DNA from: Eledone cirrhosa
Taxonomy: Eukaryota
Direction: 5' to 3'
Length of the DNA stretch: 64,000 nucleotides
NCBI GenBank assembly: GCA_964016885.1
Contig: OZ024742.1
Coordinates: forward strand, 330,274,001-330,338,000
Below, in pieces: positions 1-16,169 of this stretch (positions are counted from its first letter, which is position 1; the number at the start of each line of letters is the position of its first letter). The notes beneath the pieces were generated by a model, which ran no database searches, was not told the DNA's origin, and saw only the letters and a program-made list of their open reading frames with translations. Position numbers and translations under genes: made by a program.

Positions 1-1479
1 TTATTATATATTATCTACTCTATATAAACCCAATTTCCTTTTCTTCAAGTTCCATGTATTGTTCATAACTTCCTGAGCCCTTTGGAAAATAACAGAGGAC
101 ATTAATATAAGAAGCTAGAACATGATTGATTCTCTTTTCAGTAAGTCTATAAAAAATAACGATGATAATATAATTGCTCAGAAATATATATACACCATTT
201 TATATTTTCTCACTTCTATTATTGTTATCGAACACGTTTTCTAATAAACTGATGTCTGTGTTTCACATCAATATATACTTATTTACAACAGAGATAATGT
301 AATTAGGTGTACTTAGTTATCTGATTGTGTTCAGAAATATGTTATAGCTAAATACGTATTAGGTATCGCGAGGCGTAAATGAAAATATTCACGTACATAA
401 ATGAATACATCCGTAAACAAAGGCAGAATAGAACACCAATGGAGCCACTGCATGCAGTGGAGGAGGGCTGTTTATGAACGAACTTGGTGAAAGCAACGGG
501 GGTTATTTCGATATTGCCAGATTTCTTTTTCTAAGCGCTTTCATCAATTTGTCTAGACAAAGAATTGCCAGGTAGAGATAGAGGAACGTGTAGAATTCTC
601 AGCTAAACAGATTATAGTGCCATGATTATATCGTTCTCTGACTAGAACGCTATCAAAAGACTGGAATCATGAATGTCGTTATGTGGGTTACGTTCTATAG
701 GTTAAAATACGGAGTTAAAACACTTAGACTATATCGGAGCAAGAATTTTGTTTCCATGAGTTATGAATTAGCATGGGAAATGTTGCTTTTTATTGTCTAC
801 AATCCAGAGCGTAGGCAGAATAGAATGTTTCAAAATATGTAAAAAAAAAAAAAAAAAATAAAAATGAAAGTCCCAATTTTCAGAATGAATGAACTAACCT
901 TTGTTTCTATTGATATTTTAGTTGCTGATTCTACAAGTGACAGGTTTTGCACTTATAATGCATAAACATATAGCCCAAATCCTCTTGACACCTTCTTTAT
1001 CCCTCCTACAATCCATAACCCCTCGACTATTCATTTACTTATCGGTTCGAAAAAGATTCAAGGAAATATCGATATCTGTGCGTTTAAATTCAGAATATTT
1101 CGAACCGGAAAACATATAGAGATATTTAGGCCGAGGGACAACCCAATTCGCCGTCTATGAATATGTAAAATATTAATAACAAATGTACAAAATAAACATG
1201 ATATTTCCCTATCATCGATTTTTTTAAAGTGTTTATGAAACGAATTATATACATGTTTATTTCATCATTAATTGGATTCCTCTCCTTTAAAGTATTTTTT
1301 AGTTTGAATCAATGCATAATAATATCCTTCGATGTTGTCATCAATCATCTCCATCAAAGCTACGTACAATTGTCAATCATTAATACAGACCCACCAACAG
1401 AAGTTTCTTTACTACTGCCAGCAGTATAAACACTAAACCAATATTTCATAGAATCAAACAACACATCAAAATCACTATC

Positions 1480-1955
1480 ACATCATCATCATTCATCATC
1501 GTCATCCTCATCTTCGTCTTCTTCATCATCATTATCATTAGCATATCCACCACACTCATGTCACAATAATCTTATCAGTATGGTCATCATCGTCACGATA
1601 ATCACGATCATCTTCATAACCTTTATCCCTCTTCCTAATGTCCGCCATCAACTCTATCGTAACTTTCAACACTATTATAAATGTAATTGCCGTCGTCATC
1701 GTCATCGTCATTATCGTCTTCGTCAGCGTCATCCTCCTCCTCCCCCTCATCCTCATCCTCCTCCTCATCATCATCATGACCATCCACCACCACTTCAACC
1801 TCCTCCTCATCATCATTATCACCATCACCATAATCATCATCAGCATCATAATCATCATCAGCATCATAATCCTCCCCAGTATCATTCTCATCATGCTCAT
1901 CAGCATCATTATCATCGATCACCATTAATATCATTCTTAATATTCTCGTCATAAA
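1480..1955. repeat. Degenerate (CAT/TCA/CCT)n trinucleotide low-complexity tract
   Basis: Imperfect catcat/tcctcc/cgtcat runs; all frames give homopolymeric His/Ile/Asp/Met ORFs. Confidence 0.85.
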
Positions 1956-2300
1956 CTTCCACCATCATAAACTTCCCCGGCCACATTATCACAATCATCT
2001 ATGACATCCTTCGACATATATTTCTTCTCTTTTCCATCATCATTATCATCAGTAGCACAACAAAACAACAGAAAGTACATCACATTATCTCAGACGTTAA
2101 TGCCAATAGATATCTCTGATAAACAAACAGTAAAATTATCTGCTTTCCTCTCAAATTCCTATTGTCACACAAGATGTTACTACGACAATAATTATTTACT
2201 GAAGCTGTAAACAACGCATAATTTAAATCATGGGCTAATTTCATTAATTATATACTAGATTTTACACAGTTTATTAGAAGTAATTCAGCTTAGGTCGTAA

Positions 2301-2405
2301 ATCCCTAAATATTCACTCATAAACACGCCTATTCAGCCCCCACCACCATATACATACACACACATACATACGCACACACACGCACAACACACACATATAT
2401 ATATG

Positions 2406-2461
<56 letters not shown>

Positions 2462-2580
2462 TATACGTATATATATAATTACATATATATATGTGTGTGT
2501 TGTGCGTGTGTGTGCGTGTGTATGTGCGTGTATGTATATGGTGGTGGGGGCTGAATAGACGTGTTTATGAGTGAATATTT

Positions 2581-2586
<6 letters not shown>
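2301..2586. repeat. Inverted repeat, ~110 bp arms around a (TA)n spacer
   Basis: atccctaaatattcactcataaacacg... (2301) is the reverse complement of ...cgtgtttatgagtgaatatttagggat (2586). Confidence 0.9.
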
Positions 2587-2619
<33 letters not shown>

Positions 2620-2707
2620 GAAGAGATAAGAGGAGAAGGAGAAAAAATAGTGCGAGAGAGAAAGATGAAAGGAATAAGAGAAGATGAATAAAACTCATAT
2701 AACATTA

Positions 2708-2888
2708 ATTGTTTCTACTTTAGGCACAAGGCCAGCACTTACCCAGTGCATTACTGGTACTTTATTTTATCGACCCCGTAAGGATGAAAGGCAAAGTCAA
2801 CCTCGGCGGGATTTGAACTCAGATCGGAAATGGACGTGACTATGCTGGAAAGCATGGCGTTCGACCCTCTACCGATACTGCCAATCCA
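2708..2888 (-). mobile_element. tRNA-derived SINE (octopus-type)
   Basis: Minus strand has A-box-like tggcagtatcgg, B-box-like gagttcaaatcc and a gtcgataaaataaagtaccag core; 8 further copies in the window. Confidence 0.85.
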
Positions 2889-2899
2889 TAATTTGGGGT

Positions 2900-3540
2900 A
2901 AATATATTCAAAGTATATATCTTAATAGTACGTCTATTTACGATTATTAGTTGTTTAAATTTTGTTTATAATATAATATTTTCTGTTATGAGTAGATAAA
3001 TAAATAGATAAATAAATAAATAAATACATGTATAAATAAATAGATGGGTATATCATGTTATAGATAATTGTTATAATGAGTTATGAGGGATATAAGTTTT
3101 GTATTTAAAGTAAAAAAAATATTAAGTTAAATTAAATTAACTGAGTTAATAATAATATTTATATTTATGTGATTTAAAATGGGAAGATACGGAACACACT
3201 CCGGTTTAATTTATGTATTCGTCAGTGTGAGACTATTTAGTCAAAATAAATATAGATGTTGAAAGATACATTTAGCCAGAATCAGTTAGTGGTAATACAT
3301 GTTTTCAATATTTTTCAATAGATTTATAACCACTAACTGATATAAATCCCTAATATATTTCCACTATCCAGTGAATTTCCAACCGATAAGGTATGATTTT
3401 CATGGTGATGTTTCTATTTATAAAACAAACTTTGTATTTTATCTGATGAAAGCGTACCAATGTTATCTTGGTACCCGTGAAATATATATAATAAAATAAA
3501 AATGATTTTACAAATATAGTTTCCATTTATTTAATATCAT
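2900..3540 (+). mobile_element. PLE pseudo-LTR/3' end, family C-like
   Basis: Terminal ~130 nt (HHR plus aaatatagtttccattt.tt.aatatc) match 13000-13121 and 19900-20020; left boundary uncertain. Confidence 0.6.
3435..3498 (+). ncRNA. Type I hammerhead ribozyme motif (family C-like)
   Basis: tattttat CTGATGA [gtaccaa/ttggtac hairpin] GAAA tatata TA ataaaata: 8 bp stem I, palindromic stem III. Confidence 0.8.
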
Positions 3541-5512
3541 TGTGTGTATATATATATATATATAAATGAAATAACAGGAGGCTGGACTGGTGTAAATCCT
3601 TGAAAGGTTTATTATACTATGATAATTTCAATGACCGTGTTCCATATGAATCCGGTGATATCATCAGGTATTGGAATATAACAAAGGAATATGTAAAAAG
3701 CCATGGGTCCGAAAAACCATGGGTCCGAGAAACCAGAGACAGAGAGGGCGGCTGACCAACTTATTTCACAGACAACCGCCCTCAAAGTGTTTGCAACCGA
3801 AAACTACCTGTGAATATCTGGTAAGAGGGCGCAGGCCTATCATGTACTACCACCACTCCGTCAGAGAAGAAGGGGAAAAAGAAAGAAAGGGAGAAAGAAA
3901 TGTAGTGTAAGGGTCAAACTACATTCATGTTAGAAAATGCCGCGAGAAAAATGCTACCCAAAGAATCTATAGTGGGTGTCTGTATGGTCTAATGTGTGAA
4001 CCGAAGATTGGAACGCTAAACTTATGTTGCGAGTTATAGGATGAAATAAATTAAATTAAAAATATTATATTGCAAAATGGTAAATTGAAAATAGAGGTAG
4101 CGAGATTTATTTATTTAACGAACTTACGGAGAGAGTCTTATATAAAACATTCTTTTTTCAATTTAACACGAGTCAGCGAGTCTCGAGTGGTATCGTCCAG
4201 CGAAAGAAATGGAAATTAATCTTTCCGAGTACTCTAGGAACGTAGCTAACTTTGGCCCCGTGATAGCTAGCGGGAACCCACAATTTCGACAGGCCATCGT
4301 CTATACCACGAATACAATTAAATCACACATAAGGGGTCTATTTACGTGTCAATAGAGGCATGATACCGTTAATAGTTGTGCACAAACCTTGAGTTTATAG
4401 GTATAGGTATAATTAGTCGGCCAAAACAGGCGGCGCGGTTGGACTGGGACAGAGCAAGCCACTCCGAGTAATTTCATTTAACGAAAGAGGAGAAATTTAT
4501 TTTTCCAAGCTCTCAAGCAAGGCTGAACTTTCCGAGTGCCCAGCGCGCTGCCGGGAAAAAGCCACCACACAAGTCAAACAATGAAAAGTGCAAATAGATC
4601 AAAATTATTTTAAATTATTTTAAAGTCCCAGTTAGTCCGGGTTATAGGTAGTGGTTCTTATGTGGGTAGGGGGCTATGAAGGTGCATAATGACCTGAGTA
4701 AGGAAAAGTTACAAAAACATACCAATACATTGATAAAAATACATTAATAAAATAACAGAAAATAATAAAATAATAAAATATACATTAATGAGATAGTAAA
4801 AAAATTAATGAAGGTAAATAAGTGTCAATATAGATCAAGTTGTAGTAAGATAATATAAATTGTACATATAGATACTGATATAGAGGATTGAGGAGATGGA
4901 ATGGTAACAGATTGTACCTAGTACAAAGTTCGGGTTCCGAATTCAGTGCGAGTTACAAGAATCCTGAGGTATAGAGTAGAGAATACAGTCAATACAATAC
5001 AAGTTTTAGTATAATACGTAGATTGTTATACTTTGGGAGGGTCATGTTGCCAATAAGAAACACACGCACCAGTTGTTTCACTTCAATTTATTATATATTT
5101 ATAAATTTATAAATTTACAAATCTACAAATTTATAAATTTCTGGTTGGTTGGTTGGTTCCACAACCAAATAGTTGTTTATATATAGTCATAGTCCTTTCG
5201 TCACACACTCTGTGACCTCTTCATTGACTGGGGATTCCTTTCTTTGTTTCCGTGCCTTTCCTTTCTTCTGTCCTACGCCATTTTGTTTCTGTGTGTGTGT
5301 TGGGTGCTCAGTTTGCGCATGCGCCACATCCGGGTGTCTGTGTGTGTTTGTGTTCATTTATCTATTTGTTTATTTATTTACATGTTATTGGTTGGTTGTT
5401 TGTTCTATGTGTGTGTGTGTTTTCATTTTGTCCTTAATTGTAAGTTGTGATGTTGCTGTTCCACTCATATTTTCTATTTAATTTTGGTTGGAATTCTTTT
5501 ATGTTTATTGCC

Positions 5513-6252
5513 ACCGTATGCAGTTCTCTGGCTACAATCAGAGAGATAGAATCAGAGTGTATAGAGGAGCCAGAACCAAATGGGAAAAAATGGTAAATAA
5601 TGACATAAATGGGACCTGCCCCTTGTATAGGAGCAAATTTTGGAATAGAATAGAAAGAACTAGGATCAAGGCCAATAGAATAAACTCATGGTATGATAGC
5701 AATAAATGCTAGAGTGTAATGTTCATCGATACAACCCCTAGAGGCGAACTAGCCTACAAATTTAGAAGGGCCCTAAATAAACATAAACTCAATATTAAGA
5801 TAGTAGAAAGACCAGGTACCTCCGTAAAAACACTTATTAGCAAGACATACCCGTTTCAAAGACCCTCATGTATAGATAAGAAATGTATAACCTGTAAAAT
5901 AAGCCCCCATATTAACTGTAAAACTAGAAATGTAGTGTATAGCATAAGATGTACTGAAGGACAATGTAGAAACAAAAATATAGTGTACATAGGTGAGACA
6001 GCTCGTAGTATAGGGGAACGGATAAATGAACACTGGCGAGACCTTCAAGATAATAAAGAATCATCTGTACTCTACCAACATGCTAAGATAGAACACAAGG
6101 GTAAATTAGAGAACATAGAAATAAAAATAGAGTCTACACACAGAAAAGATGCAATGTTTAGACAAATTACAGAGGCAATAAACATAAAAGAATTACAACC
6201 GAAATTAAATAGAAAATATGAGTGGAACAGCAACATCACAACTTACAATTAA
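5513..6252 (+). pseudogene. PLE RT C-terminus plus GIY-YIG endonuclease remnant (family A)
   Basis: CKTRNVVYSIRC...YIGETARSIGERINEH...E...LN motifs; one in-frame stop near 5710. Confidence 0.9.
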
Positions 6253-6456
6253 GGACAAAATGAAAACACACACACACATAGAACAAACAACCAACCAATA
6301 ACATGTAAATAAATAAACAAATAGATAAATGAACACAAACACACACAGACACCCGGATGTGGCGCATGCGCAAACTGAGCACACAACACACACAGAGAAA
6401 CAAAGTGGCGTAGGACAGAAGAAAGGAAAGGCACGGAAACAAAGAAAGGAATCCCC

Positions 6457-6501
6457 AGTCACTGAAGAGGTCACAGAGTGTGTGACGAAAGGACTATGAC
6501 T
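6457..6501 (+). ncRNA. Minimal hammerhead ribozyme motif (family A)
   Basis: agtca CTGAAGA g gtcaca/tgtgac GAAA gga CTA tgact; other copies at 5185-5229(-) and ~48716-48759(-) have core mutations, plus 53346-53390(+). Confidence 0.75.
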
Positions 6502-9208
6502 ATATATAAACAACTATCTGGTTGTGTTACCAACCAACCAGCCAGAAATTTATAAATTTGTAGATTTGTAAATTTATAAATTTATAAATATATAATAAAT
6601 TGAAGTGAAACAACTGGTGCGTGTGTTTCTTATTGGCAACATGACCCTCCCAAAGTATAAAAATATCGGTTTCAACACACAATTGCAGATAAAGAATCTT
6701 GCTAAACAAATTCAGAAACAAAATATAATACGTAGAGTTTTGTCGGAATCGGAATCATCCCGACAAGGAAGTGCTATCAGGTGGCGGTAGATGAGGCGCA
6801 GAGCAGCCAAAATCCGAATGGCAAGTAGATCAGATAATCCCATGCTGGTAATAGCTGTACACTGAAGTCAGCGCCGCTGTTCAATATTACATTTTGAAGT
6901 GCTCAACATTATAGGAGCATTATTTCTTAAGGTTTGTTGGTTCACCACTGGATAGAACTGGTCATTCCGTATGGTCAATCCTGGTGTAATATTGTGAAGA
7001 GTACTCAACGCAGAGCAGTTCACCCATCTTCGTTTGTGTAGTTGGTGGTGCGAATACGGATTTAATTATAAATGAAATAACAGGAGGCTAGACTGGCGTA
7101 CATCATTGAAAGGTTTATTATACTATGATCATTTCAATGATCGGGTTCCATATGAATCCGGTGATATCATCAGGTATTGGAATATAACAAAGGAATATGT
7201 AAAAACGAATGGGTCCGAAAAACCATGGGTCCGAGAAACTGGAGACAGCGAGGGCGGCTGACCAACTAGCTTCACAGCCAGCTGCCCTCAAAGTGTTGGC
7301 AACTGACAACTACCAGTGATTATCTGGTAAGGGCGGCGCAGGCCTTTCATGCATAACCACCACTCCTTCAAAGAAGAAGGGAAAACAAGAAAGAAAAGGA
7401 GAAAGAAATGTAGTGTAAGGGTCAAACTACATTCATGTTAGAAAATGCCGCGAAAAAAATGCTACCCAAAAAATCTATAGTGGGTGTCTGTATGGTCTAA
7501 TGTGTGAACCGAAGATTGGAACGCTAAACTTATGTTGCGAATTATAGGATGAAATAAATTAAATTAAAAATATTATTTTGCAAAATGGTAAATTGAAAAA
7601 TAGAGGTAGCGAGATTTATTTATTTAACGAACTTACGGAGAGAGTCTTATATGAAAAAAATTTATTTTAGTGACTCGATAAGATATTAGGATGGGATATA
7701 GAGTATAGATTTCGATTGGGAGACCCAGCCAGCACACCCACCACCACGAGTCAGCCAGTCTCGAGTGGTATCCTCCAGCGAAAGAAATGGAAATTAATTT
7801 TTCCGCGTACTCTAGGAACGTAGCTAACTTTGGCCCCGGGATTGCTAGCGGGAACCCCACAATTTCGACAGGCCATCGTCTATACCACAAATACTATTAA
7901 ATCACACATTAGGGGTTTATTTACGTGTTAATAGAGGCATGATACAACTATTAGTTGTGCCCAAACCTGGAGTTTATAGGTACAGGTATAATTAGGCGGC
8001 CAAAACAGGCGGCGCGGTGGGACTGGGGCAGAGCAACCCACTCAGAGTAATTTCATTTACCGAAAGAGGAGAAATTTATCTTTCCGAGCACTCAAGGAAG
8101 GCTGAACTTTCCGAGTTCCCAGCGCGCTGCCGGGAAAAAGCCACCATACAAGTCAAACAATGAAAAGTGCAAATAGATCAAAATTATTTTATATTATTTT
8201 AAAGTCCCAGTTAGTCCGGGTTATAGGTAGTGTGGTTCTTGTGTGGGTATGGGGCTATGAAGATGCATAATGACCTGAGTAAGGAAAAGTTACAAAAACA
8301 TACCAATACATTGATAAAAATACATTAATAAAATAACAGAAAATAATAAAATAATAAAATCTACATTAATGAGATAAAAAAATTAATAAAGGAAAATAAC
8401 AGTCAATATAGATCAAGTTGTAGTAAGATAATATAAATTGTACATATAGATACTGATATAGAGGATTGAGGAGATGGAATGGTAACAGATTGTACCTAGT
8501 GTAAAGTTCGGGTTCCGAATTCAGTGCGAGTTACAAAAATCCTGAGGTATAGAGTAGAGAATACAGTCAATACAATACAAGTTTTAGTATAATACGTAGA
8601 GTTTTGTCGGAATCGGAATCATCCCGACAAGGAAGTGGTATCAGGTGGCGTTATATAAGGCGCAGAGTAGCCAAAATCCGAATGGCAAGTAGATCATTTA
8701 ATCCCATGCTGGTAATAGCTGTACACTGAAGTCAGTGCCGCTGTTCAATATTACGTTTTGAAGTGCTCAACATTATACGAGCATTATTTCTTAAGGTGTG
8801 TTGGTTCACCACTGGATAGAACTGGTCATTCCGTATGGCCAATCATGGTGTAATATTGTGAAGATTACCCAACGCAGTGCATTTCACCCATCTTCGGTTG
8901 TGTAGTTGGTGGTGCGAATACGGAGTTAATTATGAATGAAATAACAGGAGGCTGGACTTGTGTCGATCCTTGAAAAGTTTATTATACTATGATTTTTTCA
9001 CAGACAGCCACCCTCAAAGTGTTGGCAACCGAAAACTACCAGTGAATATCTGGTATGAGGGCGCAGGCCTATCATGTACTACCACCACTCCGTCAAAGAA
9101 GAAGGGGGAAAAAAAGAAAGGGAGAAAGAAATGGTAAACTGAAAAATAGAGGTAGCGAGATTTATTTATTTAACGACATTACGGGTAGAATCTTATATGA
9201 AAAAATTG

Positions 9209-9233
<25 letters not shown>

Positions 9234-9242
<9 letters not shown>

Positions 9243-9452
9243 GTGAGGTTTTTTTTTACAAAATGAAAATTAACCGAGGTGTCCTACACGAGTGTAAGTA
9301 TAAAGAAAAAGGGATGAAATCGAAAATGCAACTGAAGTCTTATTTTTTTTTAAAATATATATATTTATCTGGTTCCTTTAGCGGTTTCGCAGTTCTTCTG
9401 CTTTTCAAAAGGTGAGTTGAGATGGAGGGTCTGTGGTTTTTCTCACATCTGA
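9234..9452 (-). mobile_element. Family F 3'-end fragment with U3:A8 hammerhead
   Basis: Homologous to 13397-13545 and, inverted, to 39140-39360; bounded by TA tracts; HHR at 9375-9412(-). Confidence 0.75.
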
Positions 9453-9467
9453 TACTATATATATATA

Positions 9468-11917
<2,450 letters not shown>

Positions 11918-12077
11918 ATACTCATTAGTTAAGCAAAACGTAGACCACAAATTTCACATGGAAGATATTAAAAGATTGTCAACATACTTTTAGTTTAATT
12001 AAACATAATCTATGTTGACAATCTTTTAATAATGTCTTCCTTGTGAAATTTGTGGTCTTGTTTTGCTTAACTAATGA

Positions 12078-12081
<4 letters not shown>
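11918..12081. repeat. Mini foldback, ~70 bp arms, embedded in (TA)n
   Basis: atactcattagttaagcaaaac...gtcaacata versus tatgttgac...gttttgcttaactaatgagtat. Confidence 0.88.
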
Positions 12082-12114
<33 letters not shown>

Positions 12115-12115
<1 letters not shown>

Positions 12116-12717
12116 CATTTCTGATATTTTTGTTGATATATTGATATCTGTTCTTTATTTATGCTTGAACGATAATCATGTAGAGTAAAGACAAGAATAG
12201 TATTGTTAAAATGAATGTAGACTCTATATATATTTGTGTGTATGTACACATATATACGTATACTAGGATTTTTATAGCACAATGAGAATGTTTCGTGTGA
12301 AATAGGAATTTGCAGAGTTGATCACGTAAATTCACATGGATGTCTATAGTATCGAATCTGGAATAAACCTAGGAATTTTAAACTAGACATATGATCATTA
12401 TTTTTCACACATTATTGATTCGTGTCTCATTCATGAATACTGATATTTACATTATAATGCCTGATTCATACGAATTGATATTTTTACATTGATGAAACAT
12501 AGTGTTTTAAATCTGCCTCGTTTATGTCTGGATATTTTTCTTTTCTCTCTATGTAACGGCTGTTTTCTCTCCTAACCACATATATCTCTCTCTATATTAA
12601 TACTAGAACTAAATGAATAAATAAATAAATATATCATTGATACGTCATTCAACTGGTGCCCAACTACCTATTTTCTTTCTCTCTATTTCTATCTATATAT
12701 ATCTCTCTCTATTTGTT

Positions 12718-12749
<32 letters not shown>

Positions 12750-13121
12750 ATCTATCTATCTTCCTCTGTGTTTTTCCTCTCTCTATATATCTCTCTCTAT
12801 TTCTTTACATGAATTCCTCTCTCTATCTATCTCTCTATATCTATCTCTCTCTATTTAGTTGCATGCATTTCTTCTTTTTCTTCGTTTTTTCTTTCTTTCT
12901 TTCTTGCTTTTTATAACTGTCCCTAACATTTTTTCACTACCAAATCAACTTTTTAAATGGAAGTTGAAGTTGAAAGGTATGTCAAATCTATCTATTTATA
13001 AGACTGTTTATATTGTATTTTGTCTGAAGAAGGCATAACATATTTTTAATATGATATCCCTGAAATATATATAATGAAATAAATATGGTTTTATAAATAT
13101 AGTTTCCATTTATTTAATATC
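12115..13121 (+). mobile_element. Diverged family C-like 3' UTR/pseudo-LTR with HHR at 13016-13081
   Basis: CT-rich tract, then attttgt CTGAAGA...GAAA tatata TA atgaaat and the same terminus as 19900-20020. Confidence 0.7.
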
Positions 13122-13157
<36 letters not shown>

Positions 13158-13342
13158 CCTAACTAATGAATATTTCCAGCTCTGTGCACCTAACCTCTGC
13201 ATGAACCCAGCCACCTAGCTGTTTTCCACTGCATGTTGCACATTGAGCACATGCCTATACGCTTAGGCTTCTAACTAATTCACCAATCTCCCATCTCCTC
13301 TCCTATCTCAATCTCTCTCTTTAAGATTGGTTACTCTTGAAC

Positions 13343-13394
<52 letters not shown>

Positions 13395-13396
13395 AA

Positions 13397-14103
13397 TATA
13401 TAAGGAAAAAAGATGAAATCGTAAATGCAACTGGAGTCTTTTTTTGATAAAATATATATTTATTTGGATCCTTTATCGGTTTCGTAGTTCTGCTTTTCAA
13501 AAGTCGGATTGAGATGGAGGGTTTGTGGTTTTTCTCACATCTAGTTGGAATTTGAAAGTTACTTCTGTTTTATATGGAAAAAAAGTGGCTCGAAATGCTA
13601 GGTTTTTAGAGAAGTAATTTGTTTGGTTAATAAGAATAATAAATGTCGCGCCAGTTAGCGTTACAGAGTTCTTATTATATTTGACGTCAAAAAAAAGGGG
13701 GGTGGTTCAGGTTATTTTTTCATATATGAGTGAAGTTTGGTTGGTTGATGCAGTCACGTGAATAATCAGATCAACATTCCGCCAGTTTGTGTTTGAATTT
13801 ACTTTTAATTAAAAAAACGTTGCTCACGAAGGCTTTTTTTTTATAAATGTAATTTGATTTGTTATAAATGAAATAATGACTGTTACGTTAAATTTCGCGC
13901 CCGTTCTTTGGAATTTGTTTGGTAGCCATGTAGAGAATTTTGTGCCAAACAAAAGATAATGGTGAAGAAAAAGTGATGGAGAGAGTTGTTCTGAGTATGA
14001 CTGATGTGCTGAAATGTAATTTGATTGGTTATGAAGGAAATTATGACCGTGACGTGAACAAGTACATTGAATTTGTTTTGTAGCCTTTTAGAAAATTTTG
14101 TGC
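13397..14103 (-). mobile_element. Family F longer 3' fragment
   Basis: 13397-13610 matches 9300-9450 and inverted 39085-39295; HHR at 13470-13504(-). Confidence 0.7.
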
Positions 14104-14232
14104 CAAATATATAAGAACCCTAGAGTAAATATTTATTAAAATAACAGATTAAAGTTTAAGCAAATAATCGCTGCTTAACGGTGAAAGCAGCAATTATTTG
14201 CTTAAAATTTAATCTGTTATTTTAATAAATAT
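14103..14232. mobile_element. Family B mini foldback (two 3' termini plus partial tail)
   Basis: Arms of ~48 bp match the B terminus gtgaaagcagc...tttaatctgttattttaat (11690-11735). Confidence 0.85.
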
Positions 14233-16169
14233 GAATATATATATATATATTATTATAAATCATGTCTACAGAATTATTAGATAAACAAAATATATACTCC
14301 ATTTCCTCTGCCAAACAGCACAATCAACCATATAAGAAATCAATTATACTAAGCCATAAAGATAACGGTTGTAACATATATAAATGTATGTATATGTAAA
14401 CCTTTATATATATATATATATATATGCAAAAGTTCTATATAAATTGTTGGGATACAACAAGCAAATATTTGTATAACTGATATAAAGCACACGACAAGTA
14501 TTTGGAGTAAATATACGATATTAACAAATGGAAACTATATTTATAAAACCATATATATTTTATTATACATATTTCAAGGATACCATGTTAAATTATGGTA
14601 TGCTTTCATCAGACAAAATACAATATATACCAGTTTTATAAATAAACATTGACGTACCCTTTCAAAATGCAACCGTTACTTTTGGAAGACATCAAGGATA
14701 GTGGATTTGTTTATTTTAGTAAGTCGTTTTGTTAAGGAGAAGGAAGAAAGACGGAGAGAGAGAAAAAACAGAGAAAAACAATAGAGAGATATCAAAGCAC
14801 CAGACGGAGAGAAAAAATCAAGAGAGAGAAATATAGAGATAGAGAGAGGGGGGAGAGAACGAAAACCTTAAGTCATGTCATATTAAGTTAAGTTAACAAT
14901 TACGATGAAATGAATAAATAAAATTAGAAATATTAATATTCATGAATGGAATATACATATATAATATGAGAAATTAATCATTGTTTAACCATGATTAGAT
15001 GTTTAGTTTAAAAATTGAGATCAATATATTAAAAATTGGAATTTAAACATTACGAAATATATATTTTGCTAGTGAAATAACCTATCATATAGCACGTACA
15101 TATACGCAAAAATACACATAAATATATATATACACACACTCAGAAAATACACTCTACATCTACTCCCGTATATAATATATACATACGAAGCAAAATGATT
15201 TTTTTAATTAATATTATACATCCCTTGTGTTATTAAATAAACATTTTTTAGTATATATATATAAATATATAGGATTAACTTTCATGTATTTATGGCTCTT
15301 AAATTATGCCTATCTGCAATCAAAATTGTATGGGTACACATGTACATGTACGCACACAATTCTTACATATACATATATAAACATGTGTGCGCATCCTCAC
15401 CCAATTGCTAGAGACGCGTCACTCATGCATATATACAGACAGACATATATTCATAAAAATGCATATAACACATGTATATGTATGTTAATACACACACATA
15501 CATACATAGTCGTATAGAGATAAGTATACATCAATATATTACATAGTATAATTGAGTACATAAAATACAAAAGGAGTATATTTCGGAAATATAATTATAT
15601 CAATATAATTTAAAAACAAAATAATTCTCCAAATATTAAAATATTAAAATATTTTAAATTATTATAGAATATTTTAAGTTAAAATAATATGTTTAATAGA
15701 TTTAGTATAGGAATTTATCCTACGTATATTTTACACCTGGTATTTTTACTCAAGATATTGAAAGGATAAACTTTTGAAAATTATGAGAAGCTAACAGAAT
15801 AAAAACAAACCTAATAAAAAAAAAATATTTAAAAAAAAATAATAAAAAAAATAAAAATAAAAAAATAAAAAAAATAAATAAAATAAATAAATAAATAAAT
15901 AAATAAAAAATTAAAAAAATATAAAAAATAAAAATATGAAAAATATAAGAAATAGGAAATATGTTCTCCTTTCAAGAGCTCTCAATATATTTCTCTAGAA
16001 TAGTTTATTATATTTATATTTATATTTAGGAAGAACATTTATTTATACTTGAGTACTTAACCAAAGAAAATGAAAAAGGTGAAGGAATCTAATGATTTAT
16101 CGACAGGTTTCATATATTAACCAAATTACTTAATTAATTATACTACATTTTACATTTATATTTATATCT

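Larger units (their letters stand above)
5023..6723 (+). mobile_element. PLE family A copy 1, 5'-truncated, inverted 5' arm, 13 bp TSD
   Basis: 5023-5512 is the reverse complement of ~6173-6663; tataatacgtaga flanks both sides (5010-5022, 6724-6736); empty site at 8588-8600. Confidence 0.92.
3561..9208 (-). mobile_element. Family D: tandem array of a ~1.86 kb ORF-less HHR-bearing unit (retrozyme-like)
   Basis: Unit starts (plus strand tataaatgaaataacaggagg) at 3561, 7067 and 8931; unit 1 is split by PLE A1 and unit 3 is deleted; minus-strand HHR at 3614-3671 and 7120-7177. Confidence 0.85.

Noticed and set aside
1556-1954. His-rich or acidic protein ORFs
   Set aside because: Trinucleotide low complexity keeps several frames on both strands open; no splice or domain evidence
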